Shown piece by piece: positions 35,891 to 45,002 of a stretch of DNA of 64,000 nucleotides (the stretch's first letter is position 1; every line of letters begins with the position of its first letter). The position numbers were made by a program, and so were the translations under genes. This DNA comes from a virus (Duplodnaviria > Caudoviricetes), in the IMG/VR virus record IMGVR_UViG_3300027870_000002, positions 1,202 through 65,201 of that record, one strand, 5' to 3'. Under the pieces are notes generated by a model. It did not search any database and was not told the DNA's origin. It saw only the letters and a program-made list of their open reading frames with translations.

Positions 35891-36253
35891 GTTCGCTGTT
35901 GCCAATTGTTCGCTTCGCTCCTTCTGCCACATATTGCATATGTTGCCGATGCTTAGAAGTATAGGGCTACCTCTCTCCACCTTTCTCTATGTCCCCATTG
36001 CTATTAGTATACTTGTACGCACGTACGCTCTGCTGCCCGCACACGCTGCGCTGCACAGATGGAGAAAGGGAAAGGTATACGGGCAGGCAGGAGCCGTCCA
36101 GCCTAGGGAAAGAAAAAAGAAGCAGCAGCCACAACCCCCCGCCGTAGCAGCTTCGCTTTGATGGGACCCGTTGTGGTGGAGTGGTACCTAAACTCTCTCT
36201 GTAGAGAGCGTCCGGGAAATGACAGAAAATAGCCGAACATAACAGAAGATGGG

Positions 36254-36280
36254 GAATTTAATGGCAGAAATATTGTCTAA
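36254..36280 (+). promoter_or_regulatory. SigmaE-like promoter at the start of the late arm
   Basis: GAATTT-N16-TCTAA. Confidence 0.45.
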
Positions 36281-36316
36281 ACAAATAATGAATAATGAAT
36301 TTAATACAAGGATGCT

Positions 36317-36766
36317 ATGGATATTGAGGAATTGATAAGGAACGTAAAGGACAGCGGACGTATCGTACGCGACCCCACTAGGGTGCGCAGGAAGCCCAAG
36401 GAGAGGCGACGAGGCAAAGGGAGATGGGCAGATAGCCCTGAAGGCAGAGCGAGCCTCAGAGAGGCTGACAGGAGGTATTGGCGCAGTGTGTCAGGGCGCT
36501 GGAGACAGCTGAAGAAGGAATACGAAAGAAGAGGACAGGAATGGAACATCAGCCTGAGCCAATGGAAATGGCTGTGGGAAGAAGCGGGGGTGGCTCAAGT
36601 TGGAGAAAAAAGGATGTTAGTGTTTCAGCTGAGGGGGCGGGGGAAGGGAGATGCTAGGCTGTACAGGATAAACCAAGAAGATGGGTGGAACATAAATAAC
36701 GTAGTAGTGTTGTACAAAGGAGAGGTAGTGGCCAACGGAAGGAAGTGGAAGGGTGGAGACATCTAA
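36317..36766 (+). CDS. Basic, degenerate HNH-like protein
   Basis: RRGQEWNISLSQW..W...RGRGKG...LYRINQEDGWNINNV. Confidence 0.6.
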   Translation: MDIEELIRNVKDSGRIVRDPTRVRRKPKERRRGKGRWADSPEGRASLREADRRYWRSVSGRWRQLKKEYERRGQEWNISLSQWKWLWEEAGVAQVGEKRMLVFQLRGRGKGDARLYRINQEDGWNINNVVVLYKGEVVANGRKWKGGDI

Positions 36767-36953
36767 GCAGCGCAGGGAACGGTATTTGAGGAGACAGCTT
36801 AAAGGCCTATCAGAGCCAGAGAAGGCTGAGAAGCTTAAGCACCTTATAGAGCAGGAGACGCTAGACAAGTGGCGGGAGATGGGACTAAAGGCATGGGCTG
36901 ATTGGCACAGGAGTAAGGAGCCGGGAACTTTTGACGGGGGCACGGATGTCTAA
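36753..36953 (+). CDS. Hypothetical protein
   Basis: ORF. Confidence 0.6.
   Translation: METSKQRRERYLRRQLKGLSEPEKAEKLKHLIEQETLDKWREMGLKAWADWHRSKEPGTFDGGTDV
36925..36953 (+). promoter_or_regulatory. SigmaE-like promoter ahead of the RNA cluster
   Basis: GAACTT-N18-TCTAA (long spacer). Confidence 0.35.
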
Positions 36954-36956
36954 GGA

Positions 36957-37115
36957 CCGCACAGCTGGCTTTACAGCGCCTAGATGTTCGACGGCCCGGA
37001 GCGGCCGGTCGCTAGGAGAGCCGAGGAAGCGCTGGCATAGCACAATGCGTCGAGGGCACATTCGCCTGCGAGCTACTTGATAAGTCTATGTGTGGAGCAG
37101 GGACGCTCCTTTCTT
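36957..37115 (+). ncRNA. Candidate multibranch structured RNA
   Basis: Nested stems CCGCACA/TGTGTGG, CAGCGC/GCGCTG, CCTAG/CTAGG, CGAC/GTCG; final GGAGC/GCTCC hairpin with U tract. Confidence 0.45.
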
Positions 37116-37192
37116 CTGAACTTAACTCAGTCTGGTAGAGAGCTCGCTTTGGAAGCGAGAAGTCGTAGGTTCAAATCCTACAGTTCAGACCA
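37116..37192 (+). tRNA. tRNA-Pro(UGG)
   Basis: CTGAACT/AGTTCAG acceptor; CTCGC-TT TGG AA-GCGAG; CCA. Confidence 0.9.
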
Positions 37193-37197
37193 ACAAT

Positions 37198-37272
37198 AGA
37201 TTGCTAGTTTAAAGGCAAAACGACAGTCTCCAAAACTGTTAGATGTGGGTTCGAGTCCTACGCAATCTGCCA
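37198..37272 (+). tRNA. tRNA-Trp(CCA)
   Basis: AGATTGC/GCAATCT acceptor; ACAGT-CT CCA AA-ACTGT; CCA. Confidence 0.88.
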
Positions 37273-37275
37273 ATA

Positions 37276-37700
37276 TGCCTGATGTGAGGCTTTAAGAGTA
37301 GACGGCCAGAAGCCAAAGCTCACACATCTTACGTCTACATAGGTTGGGCCCTACCAGAGAGGGGGCCTATTGAAACAGACCTCCGGCGAGAGCCGGCTTG
37401 AAAAATAAAGATGGTAGTGGCGTCCTACCTGCGCAGCTGGTCTGCGAAGCAGCAACGGCGTGGTCTGATAATTCAATCTGTGTAGATGAGACAATGGGCT
37501 GCAAAGCCTCATGAACAGCACAGCGTAAAGAGAAAGGATTGAATGTATAATTCAAGCCCACCTCTCTAGTGATGTTATTTAGGATATACTAGCTTCTTCT
37601 TTTTAGTATATACGTAATAACAGAGCGTGTCAAAGCGTAAGCGTCATAAGACATAATTGCGCCTGTAGTAAACGTAAGACAATTGTAACACTACAAATAG
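37276..37700 (+). ncRNA. Candidate large structured RNA
   Basis: No plausible ORF; GNRA hairpins CCGGC-GAGA-GCCGG and GGCT-GCAA-AGCC; several long-range stems. Confidence 0.45.
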
Positions 37701-37710
37701 GACTACTGAC

Positions 37711-37995
37711 ATGGCATATCGTGAACACATCCACAAGAATGGTAGCTTTGAGCTGAGCGAGAAGGGCACCCTCATTAAGTGCTTTGATGAAATCTCTGCT
37801 GGCACTATCACTCCTCAGTCAGCGCCGGGCGCACTTACTGACAGTTCTGGCGGTACTCCCGGTACTACGCTTGCGGCTGTTGTAGGCACCACCTACTCCA
37901 CTGACATCCCAGCTATTCGTAATTGGATTGCTTCGCTGAACGACGCTATCAATGACCTTAAGGCAGCCCTAGTTGCAGCCGGTGTCCTTGAGTAA
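37711..37995 (+). CDS. Head fibre/decoration-like protein
   Basis: ALTDSSGGT...IASLNDAINDLKAALVAAG. Confidence 0.55.
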   Translation: MAYREHIHKNGSFELSEKGTLIKCFDEISAGTITPQSAPGALTDSSGGTPGTTLAAVVGTTYSTDIPAIRNWIASLNDAINDLKAALVAAGVLE

Positions 37996-38241
37996 GTGTG
38001 GCAAGTAATAAAGAAATGGCTATCCAGCTCTAAGTTTGTTCTTACAGCTGGAAGCCTTATAGCCACATTCGCGTTAGTGGCAATTGGTAGAGACGTTAGG
38101 CAGCTGGAGCTAATTGTTCCAGCCATATTAGCATTCTACAACGCAGCCAACATAGCCGGCGATATGGCTAGACGCAAGCTCGGAGAATTCAAAGATGGCA
38201 CAGTCGACAGCGATAGCAGCAACAACAGCAGCGGGGGATAG
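37996..38241 (+). CDS. Putative holin
   Basis: Two TM segments after SSKF; near endolysin. Confidence 0.6.
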   Translation: MWQVIKKWLSSSKFVLTAGSLIATFALVAIGRDVRQLELIVPAILAFYNAANIAGDMARRKLGEFKDGTVDSDSSNNSSGG

Positions 38242-38503
38242 TAGCGACATCACTGTCACCACCACGCCTATACAGCTCACCATGTATAGTGGTGAAACTG
38301 ATGGCTCTTTTGGTAGAGCCAAAATCAAAATCCTCAAGAAGGTGGGTACAGGATACCAGCCTCTACAAGAGGGTAATGTGACAAAGAGGAACAAAGACTG
38401 CTTTCTATTCAACACAATGCGAGGGTATACACTTACAGCCCCCGGCGTTTATTTGGTTAGGAAAGAAGCAACAGCAAAGAGTGTTGGCGTATATCAGGAC
38501 TAA
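38195..38503 (+). CDS. Hypothetical (probable virion) protein
   Basis: Beta-rich ORF. Confidence 0.65.
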   Translation: MAQSTAIAATTAAGDSSDITVTTTPIQLTMYSGETDGSFGRAKIKILKKVGTGYQPLQEGNVTKRNKDCFLFNTMRGYTLTAPGVYLVRKEATAKSVGVYQD

Positions 38504-38508
38504 TTTGT

Positions 38509-38964
38509 ATGTCCGCATGGCAGGAAATGGAGAAGGAAGAGATTAAGGCCGATGAGGGCCTTAGGCTCACAGCATACCCAGACCCACTTACTAAGGCAGA
38601 GCCTTACACTATTGGATATGGGCATACAGGAAAAGACGTCAAGCCGGGCTTAGTGATTACTAAGGAACAGGCAGACGAATTGTTTGAAACGGATTTTGAA
38701 GAGGCAGTGACAGAAGCAGCACAGGCAGTTCCATTCTTTTCAGCCCTTGACGGGGCGCGAAAGGGGGCACTAGTAAATCTAGCCTTTAACCTTGGGGGCA
38801 AGAAGCTTGCAGAGTTTCATGGCACGCTAGCAGCTTTAGACAGTGGCGACTACACAAGCGCCGCTTTGCATTTGATGAACAGTAGATATGCACGGCAGGT
38901 TAGGGGCAGGGCTGTTAGGCTTGCTTACCGCCTCCGTACTGGTGAATACGCACTACGAACCTAA
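38509..38964 (+). CDS. Endolysin, GH24 lysozyme
   Basis: DEGLRLTAYPD...TIGYGH...FNLG...SRYARQVRGRA. Confidence 0.93.
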   Translation: MSAWQEMEKEEIKADEGLRLTAYPDPLTKAEPYTIGYGHTGKDVKPGLVITKEQADELFETDFEEAVTEAAQAVPFFSALDGARKGALVNLAFNLGGKKLAEFHGTLAALDSGDYTSAALHLMNSRYARQVRGRAVRLAYRLRTGEYALRT

Positions 38965-39397
38965 AGAGGAACCTGTGGCTAAGACGCCTAGCAAGAGCGA
39001 CACATCTGAAATCCCTGTGATGATTTTGACCAATGAGCGAACACCGTTTAAAGCTCAGCAGATATTGATGTTATATAAGGCTGCAAGTATGGCGCAGCTA
39101 GCATACATGGATGGTATGCACCCAGAGACGGGTGAGATTGTTCCTCTTCTGGTGGGTTTAGAGCCCACAGAAAATGCAACACAGTTTAAGGTGTATCCAC
39201 TAGCTACGCTTATTGACAAGCTAAGTGATATACCACAATACCTAGTTCCAGACGGCCAAGGCGGCTATATGGACTACCGAGTTAAGGAAGCAACAGATGA
39301 ACTCCCACAACCCTTTGGAGACGAAGGAACCGAAAAAGAGGGGCCGGCCCCGGAAGGACAAGGCAGCTCTGACGGAGACGGGGGAACATTGGGCTGA
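38942..39397 (+). CDS. Hypothetical protein
   Basis: GTG start, MNTHYE... Confidence 0.65.
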   Translation: MNTHYEPKEEPVAKTPSKSDTSEIPVMILTNERTPFKAQQILMLYKAASMAQLAYMDGMHPETGEIVPLLVGLEPTENATQFKVYPLATLIDKLSDIPQYLVPDGQGGYMDYRVKEATDELPQPFGDEGTEKEGPAPEGQGSSDGDGGTLG

Positions 39398-39794
39398 CGC
39401 CCTACTCCGCATCTACTCTGAGGGCGGTACAGATATAGAAGTTTGTAAAGCCCTTAAGATGAGCAGAAAGAGTTTTGATAGACGAGAGCGGGACGATCCC
39501 GCTTTCGCCGATCTAGTTGAACATGGCCGCCTGTGTTCTCAGGCGTGGTGGTTGGAACTAGGTCGTAAATGCGCCAAGGCAGGAGCACCAGCGCAGGCCT
39601 TCTCCTTCTGGGACAAGTGGATGAAAAATCGTTATGGCTGGGCCGATAAGGTGGAAACATCTGATGGCAAGCAGATTAACGAGATGAGTAGCGACGAGAT
39701 TGCTGCACGTATTAAGCAGCTCAATGCAAAGATTGAAAAGAAGCCCGCCAACATTGAGATACAAAATCTCATGGCCGGAACAAAGGTGAATTAA
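39297..39794 (+). CDS. Terminase small subunit
   Basis: GRP, HTH-like segment, SQAWW, MKNRYGWADK; directly before TerL. Confidence 0.85.
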   Translation: MNSHNPLETKEPKKRGRPRKDKAALTETGEHWADALLRIYSEGGTDIEVCKALKMSRKSFDRRERDDPAFADLVEHGRLCSQAWWLELGRKCAKAGAPAQAFSFWDKWMKNRYGWADKVETSDGKQINEMSSDEIAARIKQLNAKIEKKPANIEIQNLMAGTKVN

Positions 39795-41425
39795 TGGATT
39801 CTGAGTTGGAAGCTAGGGTAACAACTCTAATTTCAAAATCGAAAGAGTCGTCTGTTTCTAACTCGGACTTATATGAGCTTCTCCAGCTCATCGAGGAAAT
39901 GGAGAAGCGCGAAGAATACAGTGGATTGGCAAAGCGCTTTAAGCCGGACACTCCGTATTCAATTGTCAATCTTCCAAAGCACAAGGCTTTCTTTGATGCC
40001 ACCAAGTGGTATCGAGAGATTCTTCTGCTTGGAGGCAACCGTAGTGGTAAGACCCAGAGTGGGGCATACATCCTCGCTGCGGCAGCTACTGGACTCTATC
40101 CCGATTGGTGGGATGGTGTAAGATTTGACGGCCCTATCAATGCATGGGCTGTAGGAAAGACAGGACAGACAACTCGCGACACAGTACAAGAGGCTCTTAT
40201 GGGGCCTGTTGGCGCAGAAGGCACTGGCCTAATTCCTCTGCATTGCATTGGCAAGAAGGTGAGGCTGCCGGGTACACCAAATGCCTATGACACAGTGGAA
40301 GTATTGCACACGTCAGGTAAGTGGTCAACCATCGGCTTCAAGAGCTACAAGCAAGATACTCCGAGCTTCTACGGAACCGCGCGACATCTTGTGTGGCTGG
40401 ATGAGCCTGCTCCTGAGGATATTTATAATGAGTGCTTGATTCGTACATCTGTTCTGCCGGGAGGCGGAGAGGGTCGCATCATTCACACCATCACACCTAA
40501 GGAAGGTTTGACGCGCCTACTGGCTGACTTCCTATCCAAATGTGATTTGCTAGCCGGTACGGAAAAGATTCAAGGTATTGATAAGGCAGCAGCCATGATG
40601 GCGCTGGAGGGCGGTAGTAGCAAAGACGCCCTAACTATTTTGTATGGAGACGAAGCCAAGGGCGTAAAGACGGCACACCACAGAGCAGCTATTGCTATTG
40701 GGTGGGACGATATTCCTTGGATGAGCGATGACGCTAAGCGGGAAATCCTAGACTCTACGCCCCCACATCTGCGGGCTACGGTTAGTCAGGGTATTCCAAC
40801 AGTTGGTGATGGCGCTGTATACCGCATTCCTTTGGAGATGGTTGTTCTCAATCAAAACCAGACGTTTGTTATACCTCCACATTACAAAAAGATTTATGGT
40901 ATGGATGTAGGCTGGAATCGCACTGCCGCCGTGTTTGGGGCACTTGATCCAGACACAGACACTCTCTACATCTATGCTGAGCACTACGTAGAGCACCAGC
41001 CACCAGAAGTACACGCAGCCCGCATTAAAGGAATTGCACAAGACTGGATGCCGGGAGCTATTGACCCAGCTGCGGGTAAGAGCAAGGACGCCTATGGCGA
41101 TGACCTGCTCAAGATGTACCAGAAGCTTGGGCTCCGAGTAAGGGCAGCAAACAATAGCGTAGAGTCTGGGATTATGAAAGTTAGCAGCATGCTCACGCAG
41201 GGCAAGCTGAAGTTCTTTCCCAATACTTACAACCTACAGAATGAATACCTCACCTATCATCGCGATGATGGAAACATTGTAAAAGAAAACGATCACGCAT
41301 TAGATGCACTTCGGTATTTGGTAGTCAGTCTGCCTTGGGCAAAGCCCACACCAGCTTCTACTGCCATAAGTGCACAGACAAGATTTAAAGCTCCACAAGC
41401 CAATAGGTATAGATATAGTGTCTAA
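39794..41425 (+). CDS. Terminase large subunit
   Basis: GGNRSGKT, WLDE, GMDVGW, DHALDALRY. Confidence 0.95.
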   Translation: MDSELEARVTTLISKSKESSVSNSDLYELLQLIEEMEKREEYSGLAKRFKPDTPYSIVNLPKHKAFFDATKWYREILLLGGNRSGKTQSGAYILAAAATGLYPDWWDGVRFDGPINAWAVGKTGQTTRDTVQEALMGPVGAEGTGLIPLHCIGKKVRLPGTPNAYDTVEVLHTSGKWSTIGFKSYKQDTPSFYGTARHLVWLDEPAPEDIYNECLIRTSVLPGGGEGRIIHTITPKEGLTRLLADFLSKCDLLAGTEKIQGIDKAAAMMALEGGSSKDALTILYGDEAKGVKTAHHRAAIAIGWDDIPWMSDDAKREILDSTPPHLRATVSQGIPTVGDGAVYRIPLEMVVLNQNQTFVIPPHYKKIYGMDVGWNRTAAVFGALDPDTDTLYIYAEHYVEHQPPEVHAARIKGIAQDWMPGAIDPAAGKSKDAYGDDLLKMYQKLGLRVRAANNSVESGIMKVSSMLTQGKLKFFPNTYNLQNEYLTYHRDDGNIVKENDHALDALRYLVVSLPWAKPTPASTAISAQTRFKAPQANRYRYSV

Positions 41426-43706
41426 GCAAACAGAACAGACAGATTCCGCCGCCGAAGAGCTTATAGATCAACTAGCTGAACAGCTAGCGCACGAGCTTAC
41501 TCAACAGGCTGCCGTTAAGGAGGAGATTAATGCCAACTTAGCGAAGGATATTGAGGGTAAGCTGTCTGCTCGTATGGCCACACGTAAGGTGAAGGAGAAC
41601 CAGTGGCTCGAAAGCCTGCGTCTCTACCTCGGCTCTCTGTCCACTTACAATACTGTCACAGGTGACTACCCGTTTGGCACAGCCAATGATAGAACTCTTC
41701 TGCATCGGCCGGAAGTAAATATTGTTAGAGAAAAATGTGAAACCGCCGTTGCACAGACAATGGCGTTTCAGTTTGCTGCCGGTGACAAGAATTGGAGTTT
41801 GCGCCCACCACAGATGGCGGAGCTAGACGAAGATGACATGCGCCAAATTATGGAGATGCAGCCGCAGGGCGCGCCTCCTCTAACGCCGGAAGAAGTATTG
41901 GCAGCTCGCATCGATTTGATGGAGCGCCAGATGATGACAGATTTGGAAAATTGTAACTACGGAGCAGAGGCTCGCAAGGCGGGCAATGACCGAGTAGTTA
42001 TGGGCACGGGTATCATGAAGTTGCCCACCAACAGCACACAGGTTAAAAAAACCTACATAAAGCAGCCTGATAGTCAGGGCCGCCCACAGCGTATCCCCAA
42101 GCTAGTTGCAGAACTAGTTCCTTCCGTCTATCGTGTAAACCCTTGGTACTTCTTCCCAGATAATGCTGTCGCTGACATCAATGATGCAGAAGACAGTATT
42201 GAAGTGCACCCTATGAGTAAGACTCAGCTCCGAGAGCTGTGCCACAATCCGGGCTTTGATAAAGACGTGATTGAAGAGTGCATCAAAGAAGAGCCCAAGA
42301 ACTACATCAATAGCCCCTTCAATGATCCTGCCTATTTAACGCAAGGCATCAATCTGCTCAAGAATAGGTTCTTGGTACTAGAGTACCATGGCCCTATGAA
42401 GCGAGAAGATTTGGAAAAGTTGGGCAAGGCCTCCGCCGTAGAAAATCCATGTGATGAGTATTACATGGAAATCTGGGTGTGCAACAGCCGTGTTATTCGT
42501 ATGGAGTTTTCCAATCTGGAAGGATGCCAGCGCGTACCTTATGTTGTGTGCCCGTGGGAACCAGACCCAGCTACAGTGTTTGGATTTGGTGTACCAATGC
42601 TCGTGCGTGATAGACAGCGTACGGTAAACGAATGCAATAAGATGATGCTGGACAATGCAGGTATTTCTGCTGGTCCTCAGACAATTGTTGACACCACACT
42701 AATCAACCCTGCTGATGGCGTCCTTGAATGCACGCCTTGGAAGGTTTGGTATGTTAATGAATTTGGCGCAGACACAACCAAGGCTATTCAGTTCTTTATG
42801 CCGCCCAATGCCTTTGAAGGCTTGTCGGCTTTGTTCTCTCTCAATCTAGGTTTGGCGGATAAGGAAAGCTCGATCCCCAACCTGTCTATGAATATGAACA
42901 ATCCTACTGGCGCACAGGATAGCGCTACGGGTATGGCTATTGCTCAGGCTAATGCCCAGAGCCCGCTCTTCTACAAGAGTGAGCAGTGGGACGATTGTAT
43001 CACTAAGCCTCTTATCAAGGCTATGTACGAATGGGAAATGCAGTACAACCCTAATGATGCTATTAAGGGTACGTACGATATTGATGTCAAGACGTCCACA
43101 GCAATGCTACAGAATAGCATCAATCAGCAGAAGCTTGAGAAGCTTATGATGATGATGAGCCAGCCAAACAATCCGGTTAGTGAATGGATTGAGATCGATG
43201 GGCTTGCTTCCGCATTCTTGAACGGTATGCACCTGCCAAGCGCGGGCATTGTTAAGAGCCCACAAAAGGTACAGGCAGAAAGAGCGCAGCGCCCACCGCC
43301 GCCGCCCGACCCGAATATGCTTAAGGCTCAGGCTGAAATGTCTAAGGTGGAAGTTGACAAACAGCGCCTTGCCCTCGAAGCACAGAAGCTGCAGCTTGAG
43401 GCTAATCAGAAGCACATGGAAGCGCAGATGGAATATGATGCGCAGCTCCGTACTGATGCTGTACGAGACAAAGAAGCTACTGCCAGCGTAATGAAGGCGC
43501 GCTACGACTACCTCGCTCAGATGGCCAATCTGGCATCGAAGGACGAACAAGAGCGCACCAAGATTGTCGCTGATATGAATATGCATTCCTTGGAACAGGA
43601 AACACAGAGGTTCCTTGGGGGCGCTGAAATTGCTATGCGAGCTAGAGATCAAAAGCTCAAAGAGCAAGAGCTGGAAGTAAAACGTAAAACCGGAACTGGT
43701 ATTTAA
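41418..43706 (+). CDS. Portal protein
   Basis: GTGIMK, VNPWYFFPD, FGFGVP, SATGMAI, long C-terminal coiled coil; follows TerL. Confidence 0.9.
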   Translation: MSKQTEQTDSAAEELIDQLAEQLAHELTQQAAVKEEINANLAKDIEGKLSARMATRKVKENQWLESLRLYLGSLSTYNTVTGDYPFGTANDRTLLHRPEVNIVREKCETAVAQTMAFQFAAGDKNWSLRPPQMAELDEDDMRQIMEMQPQGAPPLTPEEVLAARIDLMERQMMTDLENCNYGAEARKAGNDRVVMGTGIMKLPTNSTQVKKTYIKQPDSQGRPQRIPKLVAELVPSVYRVNPWYFFPDNAVADINDAEDSIEVHPMSKTQLRELCHNPGFDKDVIEECIKEEPKNYINSPFNDPAYLTQGINLLKNRFLVLEYHGPMKREDLEKLGKASAVENPCDEYYMEIWVCNSRVIRMEFSNLEGCQRVPYVVCPWEPDPATVFGFGVPMLVRDRQRTVNECNKMMLDNAGISAGPQTIVDTTLINPADGVLECTPWKVWYVNEFGADTTKAIQFFMPPNAFEGLSALFSLNLGLADKESSIPNLSMNMNNPTGAQDSATGMAIAQANAQSPLFYKSEQWDDCITKPLIKAMYEWEMQYNPNDAIKGTYDIDVKTSTAMLQNSINQQKLEKLMMMMSQPNNPVSEWIEIDGLASAFLNGMHLPSAGIVKSPQKVQAERAQRPPPPPDPNMLKAQAEMSKVEVDKQRLALEAQKLQLEANQKHMEAQMEYDAQLRTDAVRDKEATASVMKARYDYLAQMANLASKDEQERTKIVADMNMHSLEQETQRFLGGAEIAMRARDQKLKEQELEVKRKTGTGI

Positions 43707-43719
43707 CTCGGGAGATTCT

Positions 43720-43923
43720 GTGGCTGTTTCTTTTACAAATGAGACATGGGCGTATATTGAGGCGCAGATAGATACTGTTATAAAAAACAAGGTCGCCATC
43801 TGTACCAACTCTCAATCTTCGTACAAGGACTTGCTGCTAGCTCAAGGAGCTATTGCCGCGCTTAAAACGATAAAAACTCTGCCGCTCGCTGCACAGCGTG
43901 CCGCTAACACAAGAGAGACATAA
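43720..43923 (+). CDS. Small head-module protein
   Basis: W...QGAIAALK, between portal and scaffold. Confidence 0.7.
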   Translation: MAVSFTNETWAYIEAQIDTVIKNKVAICTNSQSSYKDLLLAQGAIAALKTIKTLPLAAQRAANTRET

Positions 43924-44981
43924 TGGAACCGGAAAACATTTCTGTAGATGATGCACAGAAACTCCTAGAAGAAAGTTTTGCCTCCTTCCAAAAGGACGCA
44001 CCTCCGCTACAAATTGCACCACAAGAGCCAGAGCCCGCCGCCACACCTGAGCCGGCCGAGGTAGTTGATACAGCAACGGAGCCTGTTGAAAAGGCTCCTA
44101 CCAAAGAGGAACCTGAAGCAACTACTCCTACTGAAGAGCCTCCGGCTAAGCCCGAGAAATCAGCAGATAAGTATGCTTGGGTAGAGAAAGTGCCCGAAGA
44201 CGTGCGGGCACACGTACTGGAAGAGATTAACCAGCGAGCAGCTGCATATCAGCAGTGGGCTAGTAACAATGGTCGAATCAGTTCCATGCAGAAGAAGATT
44301 CTCGAATTAACACGAGAATTGACAAGTCGAACGCCGGCTGAAACGCCCGCACCAGCACGACCAGCCCCTACTACTCCTGAGGGCTGGGCCACTCTGAACA
44401 AAGACGACCCTGAACTCGCTAGCGCGGTGGAGGCTCGGATTAAGGCAGAAGTAGAGGCTGCTGTAGGTCCCCTAAAGGACGCACTACAGGAGGTCCGAAA
44501 GTCTGGTGATGCTCTGTATGAGTATAATCATCAGCAATATGTAGAGGAACAAAGAGCGGCGCTTAGTGCGCAGGTTAGCAACTATGAAGAAGTGGTGACG
44601 AGTGATTCTTTCAAGCATTGGGTGATGAACATTGCCCCCGAAGCTATTAGAAACACAGCCCTTCATTCAGTAGAGGCAAAGGACGCTATCGGTGTACTGC
44701 GGTATTATGCAGACGATATGATCCGCCTTGGGTATGCTCAGCCTAGTACACAACAGCCCCCAACTCAGGCTTCCGCTGCATCTTCGCTTGCACCAACACC
44801 CAGTTCTTCCACAGTTGATAAGATTGTCGAAGAGCGTGGTAGAAAGGCAGGCGCTCCTACGGTTGTAAAGTCTCCGCCAGCTCTTTCAGCACGAGGCCCT
44901 ATTGATCCAAAGGGTCCGGTACGGAAAGAAGATGCGGATGCAATCTTCCTAGAAGCATGGAAATCACTACATAAAACTTAA
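43923..44981 (+). CDS. Capsid scaffolding protein
   Basis: Acidic/Pro-rich N-terminus, coiled coil, precedes capsid gene. Confidence 0.75.
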   Translation: MEPENISVDDAQKLLEESFASFQKDAPPLQIAPQEPEPAATPEPAEVVDTATEPVEKAPTKEEPEATTPTEEPPAKPEKSADKYAWVEKVPEDVRAHVLEEINQRAAAYQQWASNNGRISSMQKKILELTRELTSRTPAETPAPARPAPTTPEGWATLNKDDPELASAVEARIKAEVEAAVGPLKDALQEVRKSGDALYEYNHQQYVEEQRAALSAQVSNYEEVVTSDSFKHWVMNIAPEAIRNTALHSVEAKDAIGVLRYYADDMIRLGYAQPSTQQPPTQASAASSLAPTPSSSTVDKIVEERGRKAGAPTVVKSPPALSARGPIDPKGPVRKEDADAIFLEAWKSLHKT

Positions 44982-45002
44982 CCCTAGTAAAGGAAATATC
45001 TA

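Noticed and set aside
37276-37345. Theta/HDV-like ribozyme after tRNA-Trp
   Set aside because: Crossed pairings exist, but there is no P1.1 GG or J4/2 catalytic C segment; kept only as unknown structure.
36955-37700. tmRNA, RNase P, glycine riboswitch or group I intron
   Set aside because: Diagnostic ends and core motifs were not found by eye.
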